A stretch of 64,000 nucleotides of DNA from Macrostomum lignano (lineage: Eukaryota). The position numbers and the translations under genes are program-made. Below, piece after piece: positions 35,799 to 48,000 of this stretch. Under the pieces are notes generated by a model. That model was given only the letters and a program-made list of their open reading frames with translations. It was not told the DNA's origin and did no database searches. Within the stretch, counting starts at the first letter, position 1; each line of letters opens with the position of its first letter. The stretch covers positions 62,001 through 126,000 of the forward strand of contig NIVC01001280.1 of assembly GCA_002269645.1 (NCBI GenBank), written 5' to 3'.

Positions 35799-38700
35799 AT
35801 GGGCTGCGCCAACTCCAAGGACACCCCGAGCTCCTCGCGGGGCCGCGGTCTGAAATCTGCCCATCAGCTGCAGCCACAGACAGCACAGCTATCGGAGAGG
35901 CAAATCGAGGAGCTGTGGCCGCAGTTCATCAAGGACATGGACATCACCGCCGACCGGGCCAGGGACATGGCCGCTCTGGACACGGACAAGAAGGTCCAGG
36001 CCCTGCAGAACTGGATCACATCCAAGCGGCCGGGACTGTCTCAGACCAACTTCTCAGTCAGGTATTATGTCACTCACCTGCGCAGCCTGCGACACAGCAG
36101 AGGCGCTGGAGCTAGCACAGGGACCGGGACTCTGGAGAAGAGCGACCTGCTGAAGAGCCTGGAGAATAGCCTCAGAACTTATACTGTCGAGTAAGTTATC
36201 TTTGAGAGTAATTGGCCTTTGACGTACGCACACGTACACAAGTCCCCAGCTTTGACTCCATAAAGTGCAGTCAAGCTAAACCGGCTGCAAATGATAAATT
36301 TAGCGTTAGTCCGAGCCTTTCCATTTTCACCATTTTCTTCGTAGATGGCTTGAAGAATTCCTGGAAGAAGGAGGCCTGGAGCTGCTGATCGAGTACCTTG
36401 GCAAAACGCTTGATGATCTCATAAGGTGAGCTGGAGGTCTTAGCATTAAAGTATTTGAATTAGCTCGTGTACGTTGATTGCCCATTGGATCTGCATTAGC
36501 TGTAGCTGGGCAAGTATAGCTGGGCTCATTATTATTCCGGCCACGCAGCGCCGAGGAGCAGGCAAACGGCAGTTTGTCGGGCCGCCGTCCCACCGCCAGC
36601 AGCAACACCGGCACTCCGATGGCCGGTGGCGGCAGCGCAAAGAGGTCGGCTAAGCGGCAGCGGCAGCCGCCGTCCAGGGCAGGTGAAGGCGACGAGGCTC
36701 TGCTGGGCGACCTGCACAACGGCATCAAGTGCATGCGGGTCTTCTTCAACAACCAGCGCGCCTGCGAGCGGACCTTCCAGGACAGCGCCGCCGTGAGCAT
36801 CATCGTTCAGTGTCTGCTGCACCCCAGGTATAGCACCAAAACTTTCGCGCTGGAGCTGCTGGCTGCGCTCTGTATGCTTGATGGCATGCACGCCAGGGTG
36901 CTGGAGGCCTTCGACTGCCTGAAGGAGCGGATCGGGGAGGCCAGGCGGTGGGAGACCCTCATTGTCTACTTCAGGCATCACGACAGTCTGCCGCCTGAGC
37001 AGTACAGTATTGAGTTCATGATCAGCTGTGCCAGGTTCGTCAATGTTGTACAGAACATCAACAATGAGCAGCTGGGTCTGCGGGTCTTCCTCCAAGCTGA
37101 GTTTGCCCAGCTGGGCCTGGAGGATTTTTTGCACAGCCTGCAGGGCAAATACGAAGACTGCCGGCTCAACAGTCAGCTCGAGGCCATTGCTGACAACACC
37201 ATAGACATTGTGAGCCTGTATCACGACTCCCTAGCCAAGCAGGCCGCGGTGTCCCGGGCGGTGAGTCTGGAGGATGAGCTGTACTCTGTGCAGGCCAGAC
37301 TTCGGCGTTTGGAGGACGAGTCTGTGGCCCGCATGGCCGAGCTGGGCCAGCGCCTGCAGCGTTCCGAGGCCGAGTGCTCCAGCCTGCGCCAGGAGAAGGA
37401 TGCTGCTCTCGCCCGCATGCGGCACAGCCTGCGGCAGGCCAGCCAGACGGCTTCGGATCGCGAGTCGGAGGTGGACCGCCTGCTGGACGAGATGAGCCGC
37501 CGCCTGCGTGACTCGGAGGCCGAGCTCGTCCGCACAAAGGAGGAGCTGCAAGCTGCCAAAGACGCCTCGACTGCCGCTGCTGCATCAGTGCCATCACTGC
37601 CTGTCCCGCAACCAGCTGCACCCGCCGCCCCAGCGCCGCCTCCGCCCCCTCCGCCGCCTCCCCCGCCGCCAGCTGGGGTGCCTCCTCCCCCACCGCCGCC
37701 TCCGCCGCCACCGCCACCAGTGTCGCTGGGAGGTCCAGCTGGGCTGAACCTGAAGGACGCGGTGATTCCGAAACACCGCCTGCCCCTGTTCAACTGGACG
37801 GTGCTGCCCCCTAACCAGTGCCGCGGCACCATCTTTATGGACATGCAGCCCGATCGGGTCCGCCAGGGCCTCGACTGCGACGACTTCGAGGAAAAGTTTA
37901 AGCTGGCCGCCGCTGCCGCCACTTCTGCAGCCTCTACCGGGGGCGACGGAGACTCCACGGACGACCCGCTTGCCCGCATGCGGAAGGACAAGCCGACCCT
38001 CCTCAGCCACGACCGCCTGCGCAGCGTCGCCATCCTGCGCCACAAGCTCGATGCTCTTCGTCTCAGTCCCGACCGCCTCGTTGCCGCTTTGGACAGTTTG
38101 GATCCGGCTGCGGTGCCCACTGAGCTGGCTGAGATTCTGCTTAGGCAGGGCGTGCCAACTGCCGAGGAGCTGCAGGTGAGTCCAGTGCAAAGCCGAGTTA
38201 TCGCTCGTAATTTTGTCTATAATTCGTCTGGCGCGCAGAAGCCAAGTAAAGGTTTACTCAACATACTCGTAGGTCACTACTTATGTTGACTTTTTGACCA
38301 CTGTTATACACCGTTGATTTTGCAGGCCTACAGGCAGTACGAGTTCGTTGAAGGTCGCAGCGTGAGCGAGCTGCACGAGCTGGACCAGCTGCTGATCCGC
38401 CTCTGCCGCGTCGAAGGCCTGGAGCGCCGCCTGCAGGCTCTCCGTTACATGGGGCAGTTTGAAGAGGTGCTGCACGGCGTTGAGTCCCCGCTTCGTTACG
38501 TCATTACGGCCTCTATGAACCTGGAGAAGTCCGCCAAGTTCAAGCGGCTGCTGGAGCTGCTGCTCACGCTGGGCAACTACCTGAACAGCCACAAGCGGGG
38601 CGTGGCCTATGGATTCCGACTGTCCAGTCTGTCCATGCTGCCCGACACCAAGTCCGGGGACAAGAAGTGGACGCTGCTGCACTACCTGGTTGACCTTATC

Positions 38701-40631
38701 GACCAGCAGTTCCCAGATGTGGCCACCTTTGAGTCTGACCTCAGGTGCGCTGTTTGAACTTTATAAGCCGCTTGCTAAAGGGATAATTTAGGTTTTAGTC
38801 TGCATTTCCTACCTTTAAACTGCGACTAGAGCGGCTTTCAACTTTTGGTGGAACATACGTTCAAATTTAGTTTATTGTTATTAGTAAGAATTTTGCTCGA
38901 TAGGTAACTATTCACCAGCAGCTGTGAAACTGCTGTTTAAACACCGGCTATTCAATTTAGACATTCCCAGCATTTTTTTTCTTTTGAAAAAGTCTAGAAA
39001 AGAAGTACGTTTCGTAGGTGAGCTCTTATAGGAGGAGCTCTTAAGTAGCCTGTACCTTTGAATAGCTAGCTATTAAACACCTGTGCTGACCCAGCAGCTT
39101 TCTCTTTGCTATATGCAGGTACGTGGAGAAGGCCGCTGCCGTGAACCTGGACAATGTTAAGGCGGACGTTGTTCAGCTGCTGGCGGGCATGGAGCTCATC
39201 CGCTCTCTCAGCTCAGATCTGCCCGACAACGCTCGACTGCGCGAGTTCTACGAAGCGCATAAAGACAAGGCGGAGCGGATAAAGACTGACTTGCGCACTG
39301 CGGAGGAGTGCTTCAACCTGGCCAAATCCCGCTTCGGCGAGGGCACTCAGCTGGTAACTTCTGACGCCTTCTTTGGCGTGCTGCACCGCTTCCAGGTGGA
39401 TGTGCGGCGCGCCCGCACCGAGAATGAGCAGCGCCGGCTCATTGCGGCTCAGCGGGAGGGCGGCGATGAGCGGCAGCAGAGCTCCAAGGTAAGTCGCACA
39501 TCTGGCTGTGACTCATGGGATCGGCAGGGAGTGAGGCAGTCTCCATGGGATCAGCAGGGAATGAGGCAGTCTCCATGGAAACAGCAGGGAATGAGGCAGT
39601 CTCCATGGAAACAGCAGGGAATGGGGCAGTCTCTATGGCATCAGCAGGGAATAAGGCATGTCTTCATAAAGCATAGAAGACCAGGAGGCTGATGAGGCGT
39701 TGTGCAGCTCAAGAGTTTAGAAACAGGTGTTTCTCGCTAAGATGCATTGAAGGAGAAGGTTGAGAAGCGCAGCATGTGCAGGTCGGATGGCTGGTAATCC
39801 AGAGCAGGGTAATCCAGATCCAGAGAAGCACTGTAGGAAATTCCAAAACTGCGTCTAGGCAGAAAAGCAGCTGACGAGCGGATCGCGGCGGGGCTTCTGC
39901 CTAAACTTTGCGACACTTCAGTTGCAGCGCTGCTGGCGGACTGTTTAGCTGTCAGTCAGCTGGGCTGTTGAGTCCCGGCTTGGTTCGCAAATTGCTTTTT
40001 TCAGCTGCAAAAAATTGCCGTGATTTTTTTACTCCTAAAAGCGCATGTCTATCCGCAGGTGGCTGCGCATTCAGTAAGCTTCCAATTTGGGATTGAGTTC
40101 CTGGCTTCATTCTCGGGCTAGTCTGCCCAGATTCTTCAATCGCAGACCTGCCATCTCGCATATTTTAGTGGCTTGATGATCTGAGCCTTAGCAGTGTGAA
40201 TGCCATTTTTTACCAAGGGTTTTCCACCTAGAAATTTTTTACGCAGCACTTGCAGCTGCTTGAATTTTATTGATTTCTGTCTCATCAGTAGCCGATGGGC
40301 CTTTGAGACTCTCAGGCGGTGAAAAAGTAGCCTAAATACACGCTAAATGTGAAGCCACCCGAGTCCTCGACGGGTTCAAGTTCCGAGACATGGGTTGGTT
40401 CTTCACTCGCTTTTGTCACCTCTGCAATTGCAGCGCAAGCAGCAGGAGGAGGCGGGCAGGCGGAAGGCCCGCAAGCACACCCGCACCATTGAGGACGGCG
40501 CCCTGGACGACATCATGTCTGACTTCAGCCGCGGCGCGCTGCTTATCGACGACGGCATCCGACGGAAGCGGCGCACCGCGGATGCACCGCAGGGCCGGCC
40601 GTCGCCAAAGTTCGAGTCTGTGCCCGTGTAA
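35799..40631 (+). CDS. FMNL: Formin-like protein (FMNL/FRL subfamily: GBD-FH3-FH1-FH2-DAD); 6 exons
   Basis: Exons 35799-36190, 36345-36425, 36549-38175, 38326-38744, 39119-39488 and 40434-40631, all frame-compatible. N-terminal MGC; WLEEFL...GLELLIEYL; polyproline FH1; FH2 motifs LPLFNW and LGNYLNSHKRGVAYGFRLSSL...DTKS...TLLHYL; DAD-like DGALDDIMSD followed by the basic RRKRR. Confidence 0.9.
39514..39660. repeat. 30-bp tandem repeat (CATGGGATCAGCAGGGAATGAGGCAGTCTC), about 5 copies, at the start of formin intron 5
   Basis: Direct periodicity; in frame with the preceding exon, giving QGMRQSPW(D/K)Q repeats. Confidence 0.85.
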
Positions 40632-40728
40632 CACTGCGTATCTGCTAGGCCTGGCTGCATAACAGTCTCCCAGTGCTTTTGCTACCATGTATTCATGTGC
40701 ACCTCATGCAGTCACATCTCTCTAACAG

Positions 40729-40880
40729 TCGCCGCCCTCACTCCAATAGTCACAGCCCTCACTTCAATAGTCACAGCCCTCACTTCAATAGTCACAGCCC
40801 TTACTTCAATAGTCACAGCCCTCACTCCAACAGTCACAGCCCTCATCCCAATTGTCACAGCCCTCACTCCAACAATCACA
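40729..40880. repeat. 21-bp tandem repeat (TCACAGCCCTCACTTCAATAG), about 7 copies, downstream of the formin stop
   Basis: Direct periodicity. Confidence 0.88.
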
Positions 40881-43800
40881 GCCCTGCTTCATCTGCTCCA
40901 TCTAGTCAAGCTTCAAGCCTGTTAGCCTCAGTCCTCCATGCCCCTGCTCTTGTGCACTGTTCATCTAGTCTCAACCATTTTATCGCGCACTTTTCTAGTC
41001 ATCTTTATGCCGTTTTTAATTCAATAATTATTTTGCTGTCGCGAGTGTAATGCTTTGTTGCAAGGACCAGCCAACTTGCACACTGATTTTTATAGCCGCT
41101 TTGCTGGACGCTCGAATTCGTATTATTGTGCCCTATGGGCCTACGTTCTTTGTTTTTGTTGTCGCAAGCTCTGCTTAGGACAAGTCCGCATTATTTTCAG
41201 TGTTGTGAAGTGCGCATGCTTCGCGAGCTGCTCGCCAGCAATCCCTCGAGTTTAAAAGCAGTTTTTTGCTGCTATCAAATGAATAATTAATGAGTACTAA
41301 TCTCACCTGTGTTTTCGAATATCAGTTTTTTTATAATTTGCTTTTATTTCTGCATGTTTCTGTGGTGCGCACCAACAGCAGGTTTGCATCATGAGTTCAA
41401 ATCGCTATCTGCTTGGACACCTGACGATTCTGTTGGATGACAGATGTGCAAATAGATGTGCAACAGATTGACGCGTGTCTCAACGGATTCTCCACCACCT
41501 GCCCGGATGCGCCCTGCTGATGTTTGCCGAGTATTTGAGCTGATCAGCTGCAGTTCCCAGGCAGCGAGTAGTTCTGGCTTGGCTCCTTGCGAACCACTTC
41601 CATAGCGCAGACTTGGCGATGCTTTTTGTTCCTTTTTTCCGTTACGACCTGAAATTGTTAGTAGCGAATCTCCCTTAGTTATTCGCTGCTGAAGTCTTTT
41701 ACTGTTCGCTTTTTGTACTTATCTTTACTATATTTACTGACAGCATGCTAACTGGCTTTACCTGTTTCTTATAATATTAAAACTGCATACAAGTTTGAAT
41801 AATCCAGTGACATAGTTAAACTATCTGATTCAAGCTGCTCTTGATAATGTAATGTTTGTCCTTAGCTCAATTATTTTACCTGCTATTTTTTAATTTTCAA
41901 CATTTCAAGTGTCCATGCAAGCCATGCAGGAAGGGTCGCACCAGTGGCAACGGAGGTGTCCTTGAGACGAAGATTTTGGACTTTATTACCGCAGTCGCAG
42001 ATCTGGTGCAGTTCGCACTGTTATCGAGGATGGATGGAAGGTCAGAATCCTGAGACACAGCAGATAGAACTTCATTGCATGGCTAAGGCTGGGCTACTGC
42101 GTCAACTCAGTCAACATTTGCGGTCAAGGAATTTTAATATGTCGTAGCCAGTTGTCACTGGTCTTGTGGCTTTTGTGTATCAGGAGGGCAACTTTGACAG
42201 GCTTTGATGCGATGCTTGACTGCTGTGCACTGTGCACTGCTGTGAACTGGCTGTTGGACAGCTCAACACATGCAGAGCTGGCTGCTGCTGGTGTCGTTGA
42301 CGATGCAAGAAAACGCTTTGCTTGGCCAATGTTAGGGCATTGCCTGTTGTCTACCTGATTATTGTCGTTTGGCTGTGCCATCGCAAGTTTTCAAAAGCCT
42401 CTCTATACATGCAAATTTGTATAATGCGATCTGATATTTGACTGGGTGTCTTGCTTACACTTACGAGTAGCTGGATTTAATATGCTTAAAAAGTATCTAC
42501 CGATATAAGCAAAAACTGGGAGTCACCTGGCAACAGCAGCCGCGGTAAACAAGCGCGGAAAGGCAGACACAAAGCTATCAATCAGAGCTGATTCTTATCT
42601 CCCGTCCGGTTTCCAGCTCTTAGGCGCGAAGCGGGTGGCCGCCAGACTGCAAAACTAAAGGAGGTAATTCCGGTACAGAGGAGTTGCGATCAAAAGCAGT
42701 CTGATTACCCAAATGTAAACATAAAGAAGGCAGTATGCATGTATAATCTTGCCAAATCTTGATTCCCCAGCTTTAGTTTTGAAGTTCAGCATGTGAACGC
42801 GTTCTCTGAGCTTAGACTGAACTTCGAACTTCAGGCTGCAAGGTGCATGGTTATTTCCGACACGTGACTCGAGTACACGCGCACCGCTGCTTTACTGCTT
42901 GAGTTGGCGGGGCACTGCCTTGCAAGCAAATATTAGCTTGCTATCCAAGCAGAGTCCGTGGGTCTTCGTCCTGCGTTTCGGACTCGTGGGGTTTTAAGTT
43001 CGCTTATTCAGAAGGGTGTTTTTAAATATTCGAGATCGAAATACTCTTAATGCGAAATTCGTACAGGGAGAATTGCGCATTGCGTATGAATTTCGATAGA
43101 AACAATCTCAAGGCTAATCGGTCACTTTCTCTTACACATTCACTTTATTAGTCCAATAGAGGCAAGGTCGAATTCGAATCTCTATCTAGTACACGCTTGC
43201 CTGCATCCATCAGTTTGTTAGTCATATACTGAGTCCCGGCAGTCACTCCGATAACGAAAGCTTCATACACGAACCTCCACGGCTTCCAGCCTCCACATAT
43301 CTAGAGCAAAGATTGCCAACTCATACTATCTTTTAGTGCTTCTCTAGGTTAGGGAGGCATTGTGGTATAATAAACGTGTGATACTACGAGGGTACATTAG
43401 AAAATTCGAATGAAGACCCAGCAATCGTCAGCACTCCAAGGTGTGGAGTCTGGTTCCAAATGACTAAAGATAATTTACGTGTGCATGTGTGTGAGCCTCG
43501 CAGGCATGCAGCAGCTCGATCTTATAGTTCGCAGCGCTTGCAGAGGCCGTGCCTCCAGACTGTTTTATTTATTCCCTTGCTCCCCGTAGCGGGGACGGGA
43601 CACAAAGTCCCGCTTGACAGGCCTCTGCTTGCTGGGGTGCGGGGTGCAGACAGACAGACTTGTGTGCAACTTGTGCGTACATTGTCCGTACAGTATTTCC
43701 CGTACAGCCCGACAAAGACCGGTGTCAAGAGAGGACTGCGGAGAGCGAGTCCCAGATGGACAGACACTTACACAAGGAGGAGGTAAAATCACAGCATGAA

Positions 43801-45053
43801 CTCGAAAGATGCATCACTAAGGAGCTCGCTGATGTAGCAGTGGTTGTAGCGGGTCTGCGAGTTCACACAGCAAGCAGCTTAGTTTGCAATTGCAACTGAG
43901 GCCCCTTGCAGCTTTCTCGCGATATCTGCTGGCTGGAATCATTTTCATTGGTCTCCCGGCGCACCTCCTCTCTCCTTCCTCCCCGGCCAGCAGAGCTAAA
44001 AGGCAGCAGCGGAGGCCGCGCTGCCACCAAGCCACTGGAGCGAGGAATTGGAAGCCAGACGGTAAGAGACATTGCATGCATCTTCATGTCTTCTCACCAC
44101 AGGAAAATCTTGGCTTGATTTTACAATTACAGTCCCACTTGGACTTGCGTACTCACATTTGGCAAAAAGTAGCCTTAAGATTTGTATTGCACCTGTTTGG
44201 GTGTCTGGGTAAGGTAAAGTGAGCATGATCTCAAAACCACGCTAAGATTTAACGCAAACCCTGCGTATCTGCTAGGCCCTGCTGCATGACAGACTCCCAC
44301 TGCTTTTGCTACTCTGCAATAGGATGGGATCATCCGAGTTGATGGTGGGCTGTAGTAGTTGCTGCAAGTCAGTGACTAATAGTAAAGCAAAAATGCAGCA
44401 AAACCGTTAGGAAATTGAGTGTGTACACAAGCATATCTGTAGACTATGCTTGAATATCAGTGCCTTCACAGGCCTCAATGCCACTTCTTGTTTGCATTTA
44501 TTTGCACTCGCGCTAGGCGCAGGCCGCGAGGTCTGGCAGCAATCACTAGCGCTGCAGCTCTCATTGAAATTCAATGAGAATTTCGAATAGCAAAGTTTCC
44601 CAGCGGCTTGAATTTAGCGGCAAAATTGATTCAGCATGCGGCAGAGTGCGTCAGCCTCGGCTCCCAAGCAGCCACACTTGCTGCGAAATTCTGTGCTTAT
44701 TTTTGCCTCCATGACCGAACTGTAACAAACTGCGATTCATGGCTACGAGAATATGAGAGTATCAGCTCACTACTAGTCATTTATCTTCGAGTTTCCTCTA
44801 CTAGCAAGCTCTCTCGGCACTGGATTCAGAGTTACAGTACACTTAAAGTAGATTCATAGATTTAGTATTAAAAATATTCAGAGCAGCTCCGCCATCAACC
44901 GAAATGGTTTATTAGAGGCTCAAAAAAGCCACGTGGTTTTCTTTATGTTTTAGTGCCATGATTTTCTGTTAGCGTGAGTGAGATTCATATTCACTCAGGT
45001 AATACAAATTCAGCTAATAATTCGCAGGCAGAATACCATATTCTAACGCGGCA

Positions 45054-48000
45054 ATGTCCGGACACATCGCGAACTCGAAGGCGTTTGAGAACGTAACGAT
45101 TCCTGTTGATGCGGCTTCGTGCGCAACTGCCAACACTGTTGAACTGCAGCTTGCAGTGCTGAAGGATCCGGCGGCAGAGGCAACCACGGGTGCAAAAGGG
45201 GGAAATGAAGTCACTGAGAAAGTGCATGAGCAAGCCGAACTAGACCTGGATGCCCATGAGGACTTCGAGGAGCTGCCTCCTCGTGACGACTGCTGGCACC
45301 GGCTGTGCGTCCGGCTGCTCTGCTCCGCCGAGGGCGCGGCTCATCGCAAGCGGCTTGTCGGCATCGCCAAGTGGCTGACGGCGGCAGCGGCGGCGCTCGC
45401 CTTCCTGGCCTACTTGGCTTACTGCAGCTTCCTGCTGGCCACAAGATTCCGCGGCACCCCGGAGGCTGAGCAGAGCATCCGCCTGCTGTGGGTGTCGGCC
45501 TTAGCCATCCTGCTGGCTGTCGTCAGCTGGGCTCCTCGGTGCTGTGGGCCCTCACTGGAGCGAGCGGCTGCCCAGTTAAAGCAGCTGCGCAGCCGCTACG
45601 ACCGCCTCTTCCAGCTGGCCAGCACCTTCTGGTGGGTGCCGGAGGCCTTCATTGCCGCCTCCTTCCTCGTGTGGATGGCCGTGCAGAATCCCGCCAATAT
45701 CACGTCCGCTTGTGGTCTGCTGCTTCTTCTGCTGCTGTCGCTCGCCGTCTCGGCTCACCCTGAAAGGGTAATAATAGATATTATTGTCCTTTATAAAGTA
45801 GTATAAATATATATGTACATAGATACTAGCGCATTAGGAAAATAGAAGTATTAAATTTTTTGAGTCGCAAACGTACTGCCTCTAGTCTCAATTATACTGG
45901 AACCAGAAGATTGAAGCTGCTTCCAAAATGTGACAGGTTAACTGGAAGCCGGTGCTGGGCGGGATTTTGATCCAGCTGGTGTTCGCGGTACTGATTCTTA
46001 GAACCAGAGCAGGATTTTTGTTCTTCAACTTCCTGGGCGACCGCACTTCCGAGTTTTTGGAGCACTGCGCCGCAGGCTCAAAGTTCCTTTTCGGTGGTGA
46101 CTACGAGCATCACTTCTTCGCATTCAAGGTGCGTAAGGTGCAAGCCAGATTTTAATGCATAACCACACATTACTCCCAGCTTTTACTATTTCCACCTCAA
46201 GATTCTGCCAATCATTGTGTTCTTCTCCTCCGTGCTGACTGTGCTGTTCCACCTCGGAGCTCTGCAAGCTGTCATTTGCCGCATCGGAGCCTTCATGCAG
46301 ACGGTGATGGGCACCACGGCTGCCGAGAGTATGGTGGCCTCTGCCAACATTTTTGTGGGGCAGGTGAGTTCCCATGGCCTAATGCAGGAATCTATTTTCC
46401 TTTGACAGTTTAGCATTTCGGGCACACATGTACAAGTATATGCAAGTATATATGAGCCAGTGTATTTCATTAACACTTGCAACTTCTGAGCCCAGTTCTG
46501 CCGTTCAGTCCACAGTTGGCAGCAAGCAGTTTGCATACTAGCTGCTGCACATGCAGTAAGTACAGCCAGGGAATCCGGCATGTTTTAGGACTGCTGATTG
46601 CCTGCTGCCTCTATGAGTACATGATGGAGACGCAGCGGCCGCAGATACAGAATTTGTCTTTAGGCTGGGTCCAGGGTATAATTTCTAGGGCAGAGAACTT
46701 CAAATGTCTACGAGCGTATGGAGCAATTCGCGCAAGCATCACACGACAATAATCCAGTGACAATCCAATAATCTAGTGACAATCCAATAATCCAGTGACA
46801 ATCCAATAATCTAGTGACAATCCAATAATCCAGTGACAATCCAATAATCTAGTGACAATCCAATAATCTAGTGACAATCCAATAACCTAGTGACAATCCA
46901 ATAATCTTGTGACAATCCAATAATCCAGTGACAATCCAGTGACAATCCAATAATCCAGTGCCAATCCAATAATCTAGTGACAATCCAATAATCCAGTGAC
47001 AATCCAATAATCTAGTGACAATCCAATAATCTAGTGACAATCCAATAACCTAGTGACAATCCAATAATCTTGTGACAATCCAATAATCCAGTGACAATCC
47101 AGTTACAATCCAATAATCCAGTGCCAATCCTATAATCTAGTGACAATCCAATAATCTAGTGACAATCCAATAATCTTGCGACAATCCAATAATCTAGTGA
47201 CAATCCAATAATCTAGTGACAATCCAATAATCTTGCGACAATCCAATAATCTAGTGACAATCCAATAATCTAGTGACAATCCAATAATCTTGTGACAATC
47301 CAATAATCTAGTGACAATCTAATAATCTAGTGACAATCCAATAATCTTGCGACAATCCAATAATCTAGTGACAATCCAATAATCTAGTGATAATCCAATA
47401 ATCTTGCGACAATCCAATAATCTAGTGACAATCCAATAATCTAGTGACAATCCAATAATCTTGTGACAATCCAATAATCTAGTGACAATCCAATAATCTA
47501 GTGACAATCCAATAATCTAGTGACAATCCAATAATCTAGTGACAATCCAATAATCTTGTGACAATCTAATAATCTAGTGACAATCCAATAATCTTGCGAC
47601 AATCCAATAATCTAGTGACAATCCAATAATCTAGTGACAATCCAATAATCTAGTGACAATCCAATAATCTAGTGACAATCCAATAATCTTGCGACAATCC
47701 AATAATCTAGTGACAATCCAATAATCTAGTGACAATCCAATAATCTAGTGACAATCCAATAATCTTGTGACAATCCAATAATCGAGTGACAATCCAATAA
47801 TCTAGTGACAATCCAATAATCTAGTGACAATCCAATAATCTTGTGACAATCCAATAATCTTGCGACAATCCAATAATCTTGTGACAATCCAATAATCTTG
47901 TGACAATCCAATAATCTAGTGACAATCCAATAATCTAGTGACAATCCAATAATCTAGTAACAATCCAATAATCTAGTGACAATCCAATAATCTAGTGACA

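Noticed and set aside
42598-44070. LPSGFQ(L/F)L peptide shared between 42598 (+) and about 44050 (-)
   Set aside because: Only about 7 residues, with no extendable alignment or sustained ORF; compatible with chance.
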